From contig NC_068984.1 in the NCBI RefSeq assembly GCF_001194135.2, positions 146,233,829 through 146,297,828 of the forward strand: a stretch of DNA of 64,000 bases, written 5' to 3'. Under the pieces are notes generated by a model that was not told the DNA's origin, did no database searches, and was given only the letters and a program-made list of their open reading frames with translations. Within the stretch, counting starts at the first letter, position 1. Each line of letters opens with the position of its first letter. Source of the DNA: Octopus bimaculoides (Eukaryota). Positions 60,120 through 64,000 of the stretch are shown in pieces. The translations under genes and the position numbers were made by a program.

Positions 60120-61179
60120 AAATGTCCAAAATCACCTACCAATTCTATGAATATAGGGACTTTCTATAGAGTTTTACAGTTTATGGCGAGCAATCACATA
60201 GAAATGTCTGGATTTCAATTCCACGAAATATTGGCTGTCCTGAATTGTCTCCCTTTGCAGCTACAACTTCGTTTACAGACATTATGATTGGTGGAAAGAA
60301 TGATAGAAAGCGAGGCTTTCATTGGTCCCTTCCATTTCTCCTCTTTTCTAATCATCTCTCTCTTTCTCTCTCACTATCTATCTGTCTATTTCCCGGCCTT
60401 GCAACCTTTTGTTCTATTTATCTATCTACTTCGTGCTCTCTCTATCTATCTATTCATCTATGTATCTCTCTATCTATCTCTCTCCCACTAAGGCTTTCTG
60501 TAAATTAACATATCATTTCTTTGCCATAAAATTAAACTTGGTTGGAATGAACTGCATGTCTGTGTCAAATGTCTAAAACATCGGCATTTCTCTAAATTAT
60601 ATTTGAATTTACGATCGGCTTGTTATAAATGATAATATATCTTTTTGTTCAACGGAATCAGACATGCTTCTTTTTTCTTTTTCTTTCTATTTTCGTCCTC
60701 AATGTTTTCTTCATACGAGAAGCTGAGTGTAACCCAAACACTGACTTCTCCTATGATAATTCCGTTTACATCTTGGATGCTTTATAAGGAATATTAAATT
60801 GACATCAATACTTGCCTAGTATTTCATTCTATCAATCCTGGAAGAATTATATTTTAAAAACAGACAATTTAAAAAGAAACAGCGATTCTTCATGTCATGG
60901 CCATTAAACCCCACAAGAAAATACCAAACCCGACAAACGTCATTAAAATTTACAGATTTTTTTTCTTTCAGTTTATAAAGATGCAAATGGAGTTCTAAAT
61001 ACCAATTATATGTCATGCAAGAAACCATGCCAAAGCAGATCCCTTGGACTCATCAGATCCTGTTTAACTATCCAACCCATACCATTATGGAACATAGATG
61101 TTAAGTGATGATGATACTTCAAAGACCTGCTTGCCATCATTTGCAACAACCCCACACCTCCAACACAACCTTTAGTTTT

Positions 61180-61530
61180 CCTTAATCTTCCTCATCCAAA
61201 GCATCGTTCACATGCTACCTGAAAACCTCTCACTAAATCTGCACAGAGTTCATGAACAAAGGCATGGAAAGCAGTCTCAAAATGGAGTCATGCTGATAGT
61301 CTTCTTCAAATCTCCAGTAACACAACCACAACACACATCTAGAATTCAGTCGAATGCTAAATCTCACTCAGCACAGTAATCTCTAACCCTCAAAGTAAGC
61401 TGATCTTATGCCACCTCCACTCTCCTCATCTTGTCATGCATATTGTGCTCCTGCACTTAACAAAACAACCCTCTCATACAAGAATCTCCTGGCTAAGCTC
61501 CCTGCCTATGGACTTCCTCCAGCGCTTGTT
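61180..61530 (+). pseudogene. Decayed CR1/Jockey-clade (Zenon-like) LINE RT fragment
   Basis: LSYKNLLAKLPAYGLPPALVS matches the RT motif H..LL.KLP.YG.P..L..W; the rest is heavily decayed. Confidence 0.45.
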
Positions 61531-62362
61531 TCTCAACCTGCTATAAACAGCAGTGCGATCTGGTTGTGATTTGTTACAAGGTTGAGCAACCCTGCAGAGG
61601 GCTTCCTCATGTGTAAGAAGAGATGCATTATGCAAATGGCTGACATCTGCTTGATGAAAGCGTGCTGTGTGTTAACAGTGGATGGTAATCTGATAACCAC
61701 ATGCCAACAGTAGAAGATGGTACCCAGATGGAAACTGACAATGGAAGAGTTTGATCTGAAAATGCTAGATTGTTTCTTGTTTTAAACAAACAGGGAAACA
61801 TTACATGAAAGATTCCTAGATACCCTTAAAACAGGGATGGATTGATTTTATCAGAGACTCAGTCTCAATCAAAATTAACTTGAGGTTAAACAACAACAAT
61901 ATATCAAGACAAGGTCAAGGGTTTCTTTCAGTTTTTTTTTTTCTTTAAGCATAAATTAGATGTGTGCAAGTCCCAGGCAAGTATTAAGATTGATCTGATT
62001 GACAACACTCCTTTTGTGGCCTTGCGTCTCAGAAATCTTTATTAATAGCTATTGAAACACCAGTAACAGTAGCTTACAAACATTTTAAACAGTTCTGTGC
62101 AACTAGAACTAGAGATAATTTTAGTCATTATGTTGGCAGTAAGGCAAAATTAATTTCACAATGAAACTGTGTAAAAAAGGGAAGGGCTTGCCAAATTGCC
62201 AAAATGGCCCAAAATAATAATAACAATAATATGTAAGCACTAGAAAGCTGCTTCTATTGTTTGGATGTTTGCCAAGTGAAAAAATTCCATCTTCTTACAA
62301 ATGCTTACAGAATTTTCATCTTATTCTGTTATTCAATTTGCACTAAAATTATATTTATATAA

Positions 62363-62760
62363 TTGGCTGAGTGGTTATGTTACTTACTTTGCAACCCTGT
62401 GGTTTTGGGTTCAGTCCCACAGTGTGGCACTTTGAGCAAGGGTCTTCTACTATAGCTTTGGGTTGACCAATACCTAACAAGTGAATTTGGTAGATGGAAA
62501 CTGAAAGAAGTGTCTTGTGTGTGTGTGCTTTTCTTGATATTGCATGGTAGTTGTAAACAAGTGCCACTGTTGTACAAACAATGTCATTTATTTCCAATAT
62601 TCTGTGAAAACATGTCTGGCCATGGAGAAATATTACCTTGCTTAAAAGTGGGTGGGGGTTGGTGAGAGGAAGGGCATCCAGCAGTAAAAGACCTGCCTCG
62701 ACAAATTCCATCTGACCCATGCAAGCATGGAAAAGTGGACATTAAAATAATGACGACAGT
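62363..62760 (+). mobile_element. Full-length tRNA-headed SINE (tail family)
   Basis: ggctgagtggtt head, gggttcagtcccacagtgtggcactttgagcaagggtcttctactatagc core, gagaggaagggcatccagc...ggacattaaaataatgac tail. Confidence 0.85.
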
Positions 62761-64000
62761 GACACCCTGCTAGCAACCCAAGGGTTCAGAGTTCTGTATA
62801 TATTGGAGGGCGTCATTGTGGTGTCCATGGCAAAGACATCACTCTCTCTGGTAAAGTCCACCAAATGAAAGAAAAGATGTTTCATGGATCATTAAAAGAA
62901 GAAGCCAGTTGTTTAACACTGAATCCATGGTGTGAAGGAAAAGAGATACAAAGTTCTGTTTCTAAAGACAAACACAGATAACATTCTCAGATGATTCAAC
63001 AGAGAATTTTTGAGATTTAGTTGAAATGAGGTAATCTTTTATGGCTTACTTGTTTCAGTCATTAGACTCTGGCCATGCTGGGGCACCACCTTGAAGGTGT
63101 TTTTTAGACAAACAAATCCCACACTTCAATATTTATTGTTCTTTTATGCTGAACCGCTAAGTTACAAGGATGTAACAAACCAACACTGGTTGTCAAACAC
63201 ACACACACACGATAGGCTTTCACACAGTGAAAGGATGTTTGTAAAGTGCCATTTAGTGAGAGGAGGCACTGAATTCTAAAAACAAACTGGGATTTATTGA
63301 ATAAACAGAAATAAGAAAATGTTGCTACAGAGTAAGGCCACCAAATGCTGCCACACTGGTTTAATATTCTGTATTTTGAAGAGATATTTCTTCAATGAAT
63401 GTATTATAAAAAATATCAAATATTATTATTATGTTTGAAAATGGAAAGATCTAATGGATCTAGCCATAGAAACCTTGCAAAATTAGGCTGGAGCCTGGTT
63501 CAGCTCTGGTCAAACCTTCCAACCCATGCCAGCATGGACAGCAGACATCAGATGACGACAATGAAGTTATGTATACAGCACAAGCTTCTGTGTAGTTTTC
63601 ATCTCTTAAAGTCGCTCATTGGTTGGCCTGTGGCTATAGAAGAAGACATTTGCCTGAAACTATTTGAGAAATGAACTTTTTTCAACACTCAGCTACGCTC
63701 ACACCAGGAAAAGAAAACAAGAACACAAAAACAATAACGTTGGTCAATGGATAATGTTTTCAGTTTACTAGCAGGTATGGGAGATAACTCTGGATACATT
63801 TCAGTCTTCTTGTGACAACCCCTGAGAAGCAAAGACACAACTGTATTTCTTAAAATGGTTACGAAGGAATCAAATTATTCAGTAATACTACCTGCATGAG
63901 AAAAAAATATACCATGAAGATGAAGAAATATTTGCTGCTTTCTTTTTGAAATTGAAAGTTTCATTCTAAGTGCATAGTAATGCTCAGTATTGCATTTTTT

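Larger units (their letters stand above)
51800..60700. promoter_or_regulatory. CpG-retaining domain upstream of the ZNF385-like gene (putative promoter/regulatory region)
   Basis: CpG is visibly common here and scarce across ~17.6-51 kb (qualitative, by eye); SINE copies here keep their CpGs. Confidence 0.5.

Noticed and set aside
63720-63830. Exon of a neighbouring gene near the right edge (good acceptor on minus, good donor on plus)
   Set aside because: Signals are on opposite strands or lack a strong partner; no recognisable peptide.

Overview
Eukaryotic, AT-rich, microsatellite- and retroposon-dense genomic DNA. The repeat families (RTE-type LINE 3' ends with (GAT)n tails, tRNA-headed SINEs, piggyBac/Tigger MITEs) look like an octopod cephalopod (Octopus-like) scaffold; this is inferred from recalled repeat families, not a database hit. 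The main gene is on the minus strand: a ZNF385-family matrin/U1-type zinc-finger gene. I reconstruct four coding exons by hand (40272-40125, 37881-37778, 32752-32602, 30709-30618). All junctions are GT-AG and phase-consistent, giving a 164-aa protein with two fingers. It also has a 66-nt non-coding exon (44531-44466), two further in-phase candidate terminal exons, a probable multi-kb U-rich 3' UTR (~27.6 to ~20 kb) and a CpG-retaining upstream domain (~51.8-60.7 kb). A second minus-strand gene starts near 2.0-2.3 kb with a signal-peptide-like first coding exon and runs off the left edge. Most ORFs in the supplied track are microsatellite or repeat artefacts. The most notable non-genic signal is four hammerhead-ribozyme-like motifs in the first 10.2 kb. 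One has a complete core (5771-5717, minus) and one is a minimal Penelope-type motif inside a foldback (4881-4953). There are also several long inverted repeats, including an 85-bp-arm foldback in an intron of the zinc-finger gene and a MITE with a perfect 40-bp telomeric-repeat palindrome near its centre. No prokaryotic features, CRISPR arrays, rRNA or true tRNA genes are supported. Repeat boundaries are approximate (about +/-10-20 nt) unless exact termini are stated.
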